DNA from: Lingula anatina
Taxonomy: Eukaryota > Animalia > Brachiopoda
Length of the DNA: 64,000 nucleotides
Direction of reading: 5' to 3'
NCBI GenBank assembly: GCA_051362555.1
Contig: CM120642.1
Span: 27,900,001-27,964,000 of the forward strand
Under the pieces are notes generated by a model. It saw only the letters and a program-made list of their open reading frames with translations. It was not told the origin of the DNA and made no database searches. A program made the position numbers and the translations under genes. This document shows positions 39,554-61,156 of the stretch, piece after piece (the stretch's first letter is position 1; each line of letters begins with the position of its first letter).

Positions 39554-40708
39554 TAAAATACATAACATAAATACATTTATAAACTCTGCCCCCTCCACTC
39601 TTTATCCGCAAGTGTGTACAACGGTAGCTTCGTAACTTAATGTGTGAGAGAGAAAGAAAATGTTCGAGTGCAGTTTGAGGGAAGCACGCATTTTAAATAA
39701 AAAGTCACTTTGTTATATACGTAAATTATCAATTTGTACATGATTAAACTGATAAAAGTACATTAAGATCATAAATTTAAAGTAGATGTCTTAAAAGCAA
39801 GCTACCGGTAGTGTGGTGTGAAAGAAAAAGATGAAAGAAGAGTTTAAATGTGCTTATTTAGTTTGACAAAAGAAGATACGATTTATTCATATGAACTTGC
39901 GTTATCACTCACAATTCAATGAGATTAAGATATATTCGAAATATAATAATATCACAAATATTTAACGGCAGTAAAAAATAATATATGAAATCACACAAGC
40001 TTATATATATTATAAATGTCCATGTAAAATACTATGGGCTGTTTTTATACATGATTTTAAAACAAAATTGAATTGATCGATTAACATATATCTGAGTACT
40101 TTTCATTTAGCTGACATTTTCATGGTTTATATGCAATATCTGATCCTTTTCATATTGCAGGAGAAATCACACAGTCAGTAGAGAACGGTCCAGAGATCAA
40201 TCAACTGGCGGGTGGGTAGAGAATTTCCCCGTGGTTAATACTCGGTAATTGGACGAGGAAAAAATCTCCCAGTATGGCACCCTAAGTCTGCCTGCAAGTC
40301 ACGCAAGCCACCGTGGTCATCAAATATTTGGTTGCCATCGTGTTATCACCGGGGGATTTAAAATTGAACCTAAATTCATGCGCGTCGTTATCTTATTAAT
40401 AACACGCCATTCACGGGGGGAAAATCAAAGCTGTCATCGCTTGGGTAAGGCCATTTTAATATATGTCCGAAACTTAATTGTTTAAAACCATCTCCGTTGA
40501 GTTAGCTCAATTAGTCATGCGCTATATTGTTGTTATGGAGATACAGGTGCGCAGAGCGCGGAGGAATATTTTCTCACGGGGAGTGCACGCGGCTTATTAA
40601 AATCCCTGTTGCTATCCAAGAGTTCAAAGCAGAGCTGTCAAAGTTCAGAACGATATACCCGGAGGGAAGCGATTTTTGCTACAATCTTTTTGTAGACATC
40701 CGTCCAAA

Positions 40709-49429
<8,721 letters not shown>

Positions 49430-52400
49430 ATTCAATTCTCATACTAAATGCCCAGTCCGCGATTTATTGTTAAAACTTGGACTAACTCCACTGGTCATTG
49501 AGTGTCAAAGGCAAATGTATTGTTTATGAAAGTATAAGATGGCCAAACTACATATATGGATTAAAGTTTTTAGAGTGCTATTTGCGAATATAACTTTTAT
49601 ACTCCTTATAACTTTGACCTGGGTACTTTTCAATCTCGCATTTTAATTACTTCTCTGCTTTTGCGGTTTTATAGTGCAAATTTTTTGGTGTGTGCAATTT
49701 CGTGCGACAGAAATATCTTATGAGTGAAACAGCTAACATTTAAGTTTTGAGAAAAATTGCATTTAACACATGAGGTTAACTGAAACCAAGTTAGTATATG
49801 TTTGTAAGGGCAGTAAGTAGTATGTTTATATAAGGAACTTTTTTTACCATGTACACTGCTGTATTCCTACGGTATTCCAGTATGTATTTTTTCTTCGCAT
49901 ACTTGTGGCGATATGAATGAAAAGTGTCCCTTTTTTATCTTGTATATATTAAACCTTTTCCTACACTTTTTGCTTATACTGTCTTTTGTTATCTGTGGGA
50001 TTCTGCTGAAATGGACATAAACGACGGGGGTGGGAATAAAAACTCCAGCAAAACACAGCGCCAAAAAGACTAAATTTCTGAGAACAATTTTTTCTATGAA
50101 GAAAACACGGACAATGTGCTCGCTTCATTCATAATTCTATTGTCAAAAAACTGTCTTTTTGTTGATATTTTATAATTCTGTATGCAGTGTACAGAGAGCA
50201 TTCGAACTGTGAACACCCAAAATGTTCGCTTTTTAAAATATGAATTCTTATTTGAGAATGAGTGGGAACAGAAAATTTTCGTCACATCTTGAGAAGTTAA
50301 AGCCGACATTTTTAGGGAAGAATTTGTAGTCTGTTACAAAACTATTGTATGGCACACGCTCTAATTTTGTATACTATTAAAAAAGACCTATATCAGAGGG
50401 CCACTTAATACATGTAGCCACCCGTCGCTCGGCTATGATGGCACAATCCTATGTCTGAAATTGAATGGAATTGAAAATAACAAAAAAAAATTCGCTCACA
50501 TTAAGGGAAAGTCACTGTAATCTTTTCTGTAAAACAAAGATGTATAAATTTTACGACCGAAGTATCCTTGACGTAGCATAAGACGTAAAGTACATTCCGA
50601 GAGTGTAAAAACCGTAAAAGAACTTACGTTGTCGGTCACAAAAATTCATCTTTTTTGTAGAAAGCAGAGAATATGCCGAAGAATGATGGAGTAAACTTTG
50701 CTTTAAACGAGCCATTAAAAAGTTTAATCCTTGCTTACCTGAATTCATCGAGTGAATGTATTCAGTTTTTATGTTCTTCTTGGTTTTACACACTGTTTTT
50801 TTTTTCAAACTTTAACAGCGTGTCCTTTTTTTCTTTTTTCTCTTTGGTCTGGCATATTTTTAAAGAATAATTCACGACCTGTCACCAATTGCGGACGACA
50901 AAACGGGTTTTATTATAACCACAACTAGCACTGAAAAAACCAGCGGAGCGCAATGTACTATTTATGGAATAATTACTTTCAACCGAGGGACAAGACTTTA
51001 TCGCGCAACTGTGACATGTTTCGAAGAAAAACTTATTTAAGAATCCAGCTCTATAGAGAATAATTTATAAATAATAATTTTGTTACTCTCTTTTATCTTT
51101 TTGTCATAATCTAGGATTAATATTTAGGCGTTAACAAGAACTAAAATGGTGCTATTCCGTAAAATGTTGGGGGTGGTGGAAGTAAAAATCAGCCTGTTAA
51201 ATCTCCCCTTACTTTAAGATTATGTCCTTAATATCATGGAACTGTAATATTGACTCTGCTGTATCCAAAAAAGTAATAAATAAACAGCATATATTTGACT
51301 AGCATATCTTAAAATAACCAATCGAGAAAGCAGACCGTGCAAGGTGTAGTTCAATACAAATGACGACTGGTTGAGAGGGCAATGTTGCCAAATGCAGACA
51401 ATGAGACCTATCCGATTTTTAAAAGTAGGGCCTAAACATAATATCAGAAGTGATTGCATATGTCTTGTAAGTGAGTACGACGCGTCCATTAATTTATGCA
51501 TTAACCAATGCAAGTGTATTCTACTTTATAAAGTCGATTACTAACCGTGTTTTTTAAATATTTTTAGCTCATCACGACGTCAATTCGGGACAGTCACAAC
51601 TAGCTTACGGGGACACCCTCTGTCATTATTATGCACTCGTATTCCAATGTGCTTGGTGACAGATAATTGCCACGTTAATGTCAAATTCGTTTTTTAGCCC
51701 GTGGCGAGATTACGTGCTCTGTGAGCATCATTGTTGTCGATGTCAGGCATGTGCCCTCTTTGACATGCTGGCGGCATAGTTATCTATTTTCTGGTTTATG
51801 TGGGCGAAAAAAAAATGTTTTTTTCATTCCGAAAAAAAAAGATAAGAACATAAATAACGGCATGTCACGAAAACGCTTCCCAGCCTACATGTAACCCTTG
51901 ATGTGACAGATTTGTTTAACTTAAGGACCCTCTCCAGAGTGTCTTTTAGATGGAATACATGTACTTAGCTAGTACAGACTTATAATTCGATATTAGTTTT
52001 TGTCACAGTGTGATATACGGAGATTTGAAAAAAAAAAAACTCAAAATCTTGTTAGTTTTTTAAACACACAAGTGCACTGAAGCAACGGGAGGGAAATTAT
52101 TAAAAAAAAAAACATACAGCATGTGAACTTAATTTGGAAAAGACATGGACATTATGAAGACAATACAGAAGGCAACATCAAGATTTTACTTTTAAACACC
52201 AATTTTTTCGATCATATTTCCTTGGTATTTGTAAAACCAAACTTGTTTCGAACAAAGGTATTTTACAAGATCATTTTACTTAATGCGAAATATGATAAGT
52301 AAAACACGGCATGTATGCTTCTATGTATTTTATTACACGTAACAGTGTATATTCAATAACAAAATATTCAACAACTTCCAATATATATCACTTCAATGGT

Positions 52401-52623
52401 CATTTCACCGGACAAGTAATGATTATTGCAAAGTGCATAATACAAACAAAACTTAACAACGAAACAACTTCAACGTATGTAAAATTATAGGTTAATATAC
52501 TTTGAGCTCAGCTACTTCCTGAAACTTGAGCAAAAAAGAATTGGGATAAGAAATAATAACAAAAATAACAAGTTTGTAAAGCTATTTCCATTGAAACGTT
52601 GACTTAACAAAGCTGCCAGTTTT

Positions 52624-55600
52624 CTAACAACTGGCAGCATTTCTGTATTTTGTCAGATCTTCGCCATTATACGCTGTCTCGGTGGGATACTCTGCGGCAA
52701 TCACCTTCAACACATCAACTCTGGTACAGGCTTGGCCATTGCATGGGTTTGCAGGGAGATCACCGGACTTGACTTTTCTTTGTATCATCCCAACTATAAT
52801 ATCTGGAGAAACGCCGAAAAGTTTTCCAGTCTTGATGTCATCAACAACTTTCCCAGTTATAGGAGCTGCTTTGGCTAAGAACGCTTCCAGTTGTGCCTGT
52901 GACTTTATGGAACCACCAATACAGCCGAGTGGAATTCCGTCGTAGGAAGTGCGCGACGGGAATGCGACCTTGATGACCTTCAGGACGGAGAAATGGTTGG
53001 GAAGACGGGCATTGAGATTCAGCGTGACCGCGTTCGCCAGCATCCTGTCCAGAGTCAGGCCGTCGGTCACCCAATTCAAGACGTTGGTGGTGACTATGGC
53101 AGAGTTGTACAGGTCAATCATTTCCGTCTTGGAGGATGTCAGGGCTACCATGAAGGCTATCTGACTAACCAGAATTGTACTCGAGGTGACGGTGTCTTTA
53201 TTCCACTTAGAAAGAAAGTCGGAGATAACTTTGATTTGGGCAGCGTCACGGAGGAAAATGCACAGGGTGTCTTGGCAACTTGGGTCGTCTGCAATGGTGT
53301 TATCGGTGGTGCTAAAGAGATTGTACAACGACACGGTGTTATTCTTGATTTTTGCGTACAGGTTTTTCTCCGCTGCAAGAAGACCATCTAAGTCTGCCTT
53401 TTTCTTTTCCACGCTTGCCTTGGCTTCGTTCAGCTTGCCGTCGATATCTATGATTTTCTGCTCTACACTTTTGCTAGATGAAATGGTCATGTACAAACAC
53501 AGTGCGACGTTCAGGGCACCACCTACAGTGCCCATGTTCAGAACGTTGCTGACCTTCACTTTACGTCCCCTCCAGTTGAACAAATTTAAGTTCCTGAAAG
53601 AAGACCACCCATTTTTAACTCTTTGCGTGAATGTTACTTTTTTGGCAGGCACGTCCCAGTCAAAATGCTTGAGGTTGCCGTCGGGTAACTCGGGGGCTGC
53701 TGCTTTAACTTTTGCGGCGTAGGCGTCGAACTCTGCGTCTGTGAGTGTTTTGGAGTTTTCCAAGAACTTTCCTGAAACGATCAACAAATTAAAATTTGAA
53801 GTCACATGTAATTAAGATGGACATTCTGGGGGTGTGCTGAGTGTTGTTTCGAACAAAAAATTGTGACCTTATAATTATTTCCCAATGAGCAATTTGGTTT
53901 TGCTGATACACATCAATCTCAGATATCGGTATATCGAAGTATTTTAAGAACATTCCTGAAACGATCACCAGAACTTCAGGATTGTTTTAATTTTGCTTCA
54001 CAACAATTTTTTGATATATTGTGTTTAGTGTTCAGTTTTGGTTCTGACAGATCGGTCACAGTCTTTGGCAAAACGAAAAAATCCTGCCGATTTTGCAAAA
54101 TTAAACCAAAGGTCGACATAAGTCAAGTAAAATGCTGCCTCACTTAGCAATTCCGCCTCACCGATAAAAAGGTTTATTCAGTTATGCTGTGTAATAAAAT
54201 GTAATGATCTTTGGAATTATGCGCGATTGAGGGTTTGGTTAAATACATCGTTCTCACATATTGGTTCAACAAAATTGGCCATTTGATTATTTAAACAACG
54301 AAACTGCCATCATAACTCACATCAGGTGTATAGTTTCCTATACATTTGAATATTGATTGAATCGTACCTGTTGCTCCTGCTTTATTCAACTTATCCAGCA
54401 GGTCAGGGTTAGTAGCCTTCAATCTGTTGTATGCTTTGACCACGGCGATGTCATTTGGGTTCAGAATGTCTGTGCCTAGCTTCAATTGTTTTGGAAGATT
54501 AGCGTCAGGGATATCGGTATCGTACTTGTAGAACTTATCTTGATCTAAAGTTTGGGCTTTCTTGACAAAGTCATCGAACTCCGTTGATGTAAGGCCTTCT
54601 GTTCTAGTCAGGAAAGCAGTAACGTATCCCTTTTGTTTCAGTGTGTCCAGGTAGTCGGGATTTTTTTGCTGGAGCCGTGCGATTTTCTTGCCTCTCTCAA
54701 AGTCGAAGCTTTCAAGGAACTCGGAGACCATGGCGGACTGTCCGGCTGGCATCATGAACTTCCAGAACCGTCCAACTTTTCCGCTGTCACTGACCGATTG
54801 CAGAACCTTCAGTTTACCCAATTCCGGCGCCTCTTGCACTATGTAAAGTCGTCCTGACGGGTTATACGCGAGTTTCATCTTTCCATTACCACCAACTATA
54901 TCTACTACCTGATAGGACTGACTTCTTGTGAGAAAAGCTTGACGGGCAGATGTAAAAATATGGCCAGTGTGCATAGCTACAAGGGGGACCGCTGTCATGA
55001 TTGCAAACATTACGTAGTCGCGTTTTTTCAGAGAATCTATTTGGGAACCTGCAGCTACCAGTGTTGCTTTGACTCCGTTCAGGTAAGTTTCCAAGTCAAC
55101 TTGGAAACGTATTCTGATTTCTGTGACATTATCGGTGGCCGAGTCGTAAACTGTGTCCGTTTCTTCTTTAACGCTGATTGCCTTTAGTATGCCCATTAAG
55201 CGAAGATTGCTGGCTGTGACCAGTTCCAAGTCTTTCTCGATTAGCTGTAGATTACCGATGGCTTTTTCGTCGGTGGAATTCAATGTTGCCCACTCAACTT
55301 GTCTCTCCAGGGTGTGGTTCACTAGGGTAGCTATCGTGCTGCGCTTGGTATCTAAATTTTTTAACCTGAGAAGAATAAAAGGTGAAGGATACGTCAGGAT
55401 CTATTTCCTTATCCGCATTGATAATGAAAAAATTAATCTTGTCCTGTTAAGAAGTAATGCTGTCACATCAAAAGTAAGGCGGGGTAAATTTGTTAATTCG
55501 AGCAAATGACGTAAAAGAAGAGTTTTTGGGTTAAAATTGTCTCCAATTCAAATATATTTATGTCTGTCAAAATGTCTGTCACTGTTAACCGCCTTTTTAA

Positions 55601-58368
55601 AATCACATTAAGTACAACAATATGGTGCCAAAAACCTAGAAAGGCTTACAACTGATTTTTTCATTAATTTGCCGAAATAATGCCTTTGTTGGATGGAACA
55701 TCGTAATTGGAGGGCCATATCTTATAAACAAAAATTTAAACCATGCAAATTTTCACGATGATGTCCGAGAGTTACGGAGTTACATCGCGAACTGATCACT
55801 ATCTACGCCGATTTTCAGTGAAAATGCTGATAAACGGGAGGGGGTATTTAAAAGCAGAAGTGCGTGGGTGGTGAATAAACAAACGGAAAAACTTTTACTC
55901 TAAAATTGCTTGATTTCATTGCAATAATATTTAGATAAGATTTTAACATAAATGAAATATGAAAAATGCCAATTAAGCCATTTTAACGTATCGATTTTGA
56001 TTTTGAGTGAATTGCCCCCGATTTTTCAATGTGCTTACAGCTACAGTTAGTTTTATTTTACGTCGGTTTGAGTTATAAGTGAAATCTTAGCTTTGCAGCT
56101 ACTCACCGTCGGTTCAGTCCAATTAACATTGTGCAATCGCTGTTTAAACGCAATTTGTCTCAAATTCCTAAGTAACTTTCATATACTCATCGAAAAGGAT
56201 ATAACAGGTCTTAGGTATTAACGAGATGAACCGAGTTATAAATCATCTGCTGATAATATATCATAAACTCACCTTTGGCAAGCTCCGGGTGACAAACTGT
56301 TGCAGTTTGCTAGGGATGCTAAGTGAGTTCCGAGACACAGCAAGTCGTCCCAAAAATTTTTAAAGACGAATTTCAATCCAGCTCCTATAATTGCTGCAAG
56401 GGAAAATGTTACTTAATTTTTTTTTTATAAAACTGTTTCATGTTTCGCTAATTTGTTTTGTAAAGGAACAAATAAGTTGCGAAACAAGATTACAGCAAGA
56501 AAAAGACTAAAATTTACAATCATTAAAAACTAAAACAACTAGAACTAAAAAAAAAAAAAAAAATAGAATAGCTCAAAGAGCGGAAATCTCCAACAAAGCA
56601 ACTCAATATTCTCACTATCATTATTTTTAATAAACTAATTACCTTGCTAGCCTGGGTCTCATTACTAATTAATCAATTTAATTTATCACTATCAAACTAA
56701 TGGTTCCCTTTCGAAAGTTTCAGCAAAGACCCTTCCCAATTTTTTGCTTAGTGTTTCTAAGGTACAGACAAAAACTAACAGACAAAGGGTACCGAAAAAC
56801 AACTTCATTCCTATTTATCCATTTTAATGTAACCAGGCAAATTTTATTTAACGTTGAAAACACTATAAAAGATTTAATTTGGATATACCAGGTATTTTAT
56901 TACACAATGGACAACACAAAAACAAAATGAACTAAAATAACCAATAAATTTAGTGATAATTAGCTAATCATGATAATTTTCTGACTGAACATTTAGTACT
57001 AAGATGAACGTGGCAGAAAACATTAAAAACAGTTTGATATTGAAGATAAATTAAGGGTGAACAACGAATACGAGTTGACACCCCCATAAAAGTTGAGAAT
57101 AGATAGAAATAGGTAGAAATAGGTTATTCATTATAATCATTGGTTCAATTAAGGTGTATAGGAGATCTAACCTTTTTCACCCAAGAAAAAATAATTAGAC
57201 AATGCGGTATTCGGACTAATTTTCAAGAATATCAAGGTGTGGTCAACTTTAGCCTGCATGGTATATACAAATTTAAAGAATCGGTCCCAAAATTACCAAA
57301 ATATTTGAGTATTTTTTAAGTGAGAAAAAGTGTCAAGATTTTTACTAATTACTTTGTAAAAAACAATTCAACTCCAACTGATTAATAACAGGGATCAATC
57401 GTTCGCTATTAATGACAAGAGTGACCTCCTCTTCCACGTTCCTATCAATCCTAAATTAAAATGGTTTCAATAGAAAATAAAATGTACCAAAACTTCATAC
57501 AACTGGTTTGGTTGAGACGCCGGCATGTAAATGGTGTGAGAAAGAATCGGAGGCAATTATTCATCTTTTATGGGATTGTTCAGTAACCAAAACCGTTTAA
57601 AAAGAAATTGAAGATAAGTTAAATTGTTATTGAAGAAGATACCGTACATGTTTGGAATTTTAGACAAATATTGTATGTTTATATGCTAGTCTGTGGTGTG
57701 AATAGTGCAGTCCATTGCTTTTGTGCTATATTAACTTTTTACTTGTACTGTACTTTGTGCAGTTATTCGGGTTATTATTCATTAAAGCAGATTCTATCAG
57801 AATATCAAACTCAGGTTTTCTATGATGACTTACTGTTTTTCAGCTATTATTTACCCATAATTTATTGAATTATGTTGTTTTCACTCGTCCTCCCTAGGTT
57901 TATAATTTACTTGCACGGCAATGCCCGAAGTTATCAATGATGTGTATAGTAATACATTTAATTTTCAACTGCTGACGAAGTGTTTAAACTTGCAATACGT
58001 ACATCTTTTCTCAGGGTTATAACCAGATCCATCATCTTCTTTATCCTCCAATAACTGCACTTTTTTCTTAGCAACCCTTCTCTGATCTCTGATGGCGTAG
58101 CCAATAGCTGGAATTGAAGAAAATCATTAATTAAAATTCAGTCATATCACGTTACATTTTATATTTGGAAATTGGATATGGCTGAAGTAAAGGTGAAATG
58201 AGGTAAAATGTATTAAAATAATGAAAGACTAAACAGGTAAATTAAGATTAAGAATATATAGCTGATGAAACATTTCATGTACCAACCTGGATGAAAATTC
58301 TGCACCAACAGCAGAGCCGTCATCACGGCCCAAACATACAGGGTCGCAGTTTTTGACAGGCGGACCAT
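52624..58368 (-). CDS. Uncharacterised 828-aa secreted prepro-protein (signal peptide, propeptide ending KR, coiled coils, two hydrophobic segments, internal repeats)
   Basis: Six coding exons join in frame: 58368-58287, 58107-58003, 56393-56273, 56139-56107, 55365-54368, 53771-52624 (2487 nt). N-terminus MVRLSKTATLYVWAVMTALLLVQNFHPAIG; propeptide ...EDDGSGYNPEKR; predicted mature start SIIGAGLKFVFKNFWDDLLC. Confidence 0.85.
57460..57670 (+). mobile_element. Decayed L1/Tx1-type LINE 3' fragment (RT-associated CCHC zinc-binding motif)
   Basis: LHTTGLVETPACKWCEKESEAIIHLLWDCSVTKTV*KEIEDKL matches the C-x2-C...E...HL.W.C zf-RVT pattern, preceded by KWFQ and followed by MFGI; contains in-frame stops. 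Probably extends further left. Confidence 0.75.
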
Positions 58369-59224
58369 GACAGCCTGTAAGTATATTAGGATTGGGTTAT
58401 TATAATTACTCTGACCACAGGGTGCACTAGTAGTTTTTTTGGGCATCCTGTGATTTTCGAGCAATCAACGGGCACGCGTTTCTTGCCAGACATACCCTTT
58501 GGATTTGTCAGTGAGGACAATTTCATGCCTAGGTACTGAATAGAGCACATCCCTGTTTCTGTTACGTAATGCAACTCAAGCATGGCCTAATATCTACTCC
58601 AGCTTCCCCTCTTAGGGGTGGGAATACAGTAAACAAGTTTATTGACAATCGCCCTACATCTAGGCATAAGTAAGTTTCATTACACTGCTACACAGTCAAA
58701 TTGGATTTTTCCCCACAGGGGTTCACAATAATTTTGTATGCTATTTAAGGAGCCGCTGGTATCAGAGGGCAACTACGATAACGGTCGCAACTAAAAACTG
58801 TTTTGCCGAAGGGGGCCATCAATAATGTCTAGTTGTTACACTGATTGGTGTCAATTGGTAAAGTATCTGTACGTTATTAAGTTTAAAAGCCCAATTTCCT
58901 TACATTATTTCCTGAATAATGGTATTTCCACATAAATTTCCTGTTTACGTTCTGTGCTTTATGGAGGGAGTAAATTAAAATGACATTCACAAACCAGAAA
59001 TTTGAAGAAGGTACAGTTTGGGAGTTTTTTCTGCTGCCCAAGGAATATATTTCTGTGGTTTTCAGCACGTGGTGTTAAGTAGTACTGTGCAAGAATCTAG
59101 TGTTAATAATCTACAACCCGGCATTCTCTGTCGTTTCTTATGCATCCTTCATAATGTAGTGAAAACAGCGTCTTATACCTAATAAAGGGAGACACACACA
59201 CAAAGACACACAGAGAATGCTTAC

Positions 59225-59319
59225 CTTTTTCTCCAAGTAAATGTCTCCGGTATTTGTCCGAACTCCCTTCCGTAGCTCAGGGTTCTGGTGCTGACCAAGC
59301 CCTCGTGGTCCACTTTATA
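59225..59319 (-). promoter_or_regulatory. TATA box and non-coding first exon of the secreted-protein gene
   Basis: TATAAAG at 59319-59313; donor AAG|GTAAGC at 59225/59224; acceptor at ~58375, 6 nt before ATG 58368. Confidence 0.6.
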
Positions 59320-61156
59320 CTCTTTGGTCACGCGCATTCTTCAGCAGTACTCAACATTTCAACAAGAACACATGTTTCAGAATTGTGACTTCCATTTGCG
59401 TAAATTATCAGAGCGTAACACCTGATAACTGGTCAATATATTGCCCTGTAGGTTTTCACAGAAATATTTTCCTAATGCTATTTAAAATGGCATTAAACTT
59501 GGATTAATTACAAACAAAATCTGGTAGTTGTTTTATTTCAAAATTATGACTATAAGCACAGGGCCTAAGAGAATGGTGTAAATATCTTAACGTTATCCTG
59601 TTTTTTTTTTCAACTCAGGGGAAAATGTGTTGGGAAAAGACGTGATTCGATTCCTCTGACACTTATGGGCAGTAGGAGGCATAAACCAAATTATTGAAAC
59701 CAAATAGACGCATTTTGTTTTCTTGGTCAATTCAAATTAAGTGTCTTCTTTATTTTGAAATAGGCACAAACACTATCGTGCTGAACCAGTTCCTTTAAAA
59801 CATCCTCGTGGAAGTTCCTGTTATACAATACCGGAAGCAATGGACGTAGTTTGATGTGTTTATAATTTATAGGTGATATCCAAAATGTTTGAAGGAAGAA
59901 AGAGAGAAATGTTAAGTTCATAATTTTGCGCTTAATGAAAGTGATTTTTCAAACGGTTCAAATGAAAGCATGCAACACACTTTTAGGGTGGGGTTTAGCA
60001 TTTTCGCTCAGTGTTTTGGTCCGGATCAAGCCTTCGCGATCTACTTTATACTATTTGGTCAAGCGAATTGTTCAGCAGTAGCTTTACTCGTGGACGCGTA
60101 GTCTACACGCACGAACACGTGTTACAGTACTATGACAGCCACTTGCGTAAATTATCAGAGCGCAACCTCAAACATAATGGTCAATACATTGCCCAGTAGG
60201 ATTCTATTGAAAAAGTTTCCTTATGTCACAATGACACGGAGCTGGAATAAATTGCAAACAAAATCTGGGAGTTGATCTATACAAAATACCATGGGGCTGA
60301 CATCACCCTATGAGCGGTGATATCAGCGTATTCTATTCAAAATTAAGGGTTTTGGGTGAAAAACTTGAATGATTTCCTCTGTATGTATGACAAATAATTC
60401 TCTGCAATCCCCAATCCCACTCTACGATCGTCCCGCATGCTATCGTGTATACCGGGCGCGTGGGGCAGTGCATTATTTGGTACTTATAGGCTCTATTCCC
60501 ATAGATTTTAGATCGATCTATCCCCGCGGGGAGTCTCACTAGATTACTTTCAGATAATCCGACTTAAATGTCCGTCCCGCCTTCTACAAGCTGTAAGGAG
60601 GTATTTAACTTTCGTGTCCGCCCGGCTGACAGCTATTTAGCGTGAACCTCCAGGGAGTTAGGTCGATCTAAAGTAGGTCGATCTAATCTATGGAAATGGG
60701 GTGATACACTTAACGGCTATAAAAACGGGGCTAAATAGAATGCTGTAGATTTTTAACGTCATCCTGTTTATTTATTTTTGTCAACTCCAGGATCAAAAGT
60801 TAAAACTGAAACAAAATACGACATCGATTCCTGAGAAACTAGTGGGTGGTATTATTGAAACCAGATTGACGCACCTTGTTCTAGGCCAACCAAATATTAT
60901 CTTCTCCATACAGTATATATTAGGTATATTTCAAAATGGACACCAAGTACTAAACTGTTTTATTTTTTACATCATCACGTGTGTTCCTTTTGTACAATAC
61001 CGGAGGTAATGGAAGTAATCATATGTATGTGATATTAAAATGTTTGGACTTGACGTAATTAAAACTAGCTTTATAAATCTGTACACTATGAAAGTGATTT
61101 TTCCAAAAGGTTCAAATTAAAGCATGCGACGCTTCTTTTAGGATGGAGATAAGCAT
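59275..61156. repeat. Old tandem duplication (~730-bp unit) of the promoter region; the second copy carries a ~425-bp insertion
   Basis: Copy 1 59275-60001, copy 2 60006-61156; collinear shared blocks include actttatact.tttggtca, ttgcgtaaattatcagagcg, caaacaaaatctgg, ttattgaaacca, tacaataccgga, atgaaagtgatttttc, aaagcatgc. Confidence 0.85.
60489..60702. mobile_element. MITE-like element nested in the insertion of promoter copy 2
   Basis: attcccatagattttagatcgatcta (from 60495) is inverted against taggtcgatctaatctatggaaat (60674-60697). Confidence 0.6.

Noticed and set aside
54291-55322. The 343-aa and 393-aa ORFs as two separate operon-like or horizontally acquired genes
   Set aside because: They start at GTG codons without real initiation context and are joined by a canonical intron (54367-53772) that restores an internal repeat.
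52682-55509. Several long plus-strand ORFs overlapping the secreted-protein exons
   Set aside because: Antisense shadows of GC-richer coding exons with no independent coding signal.
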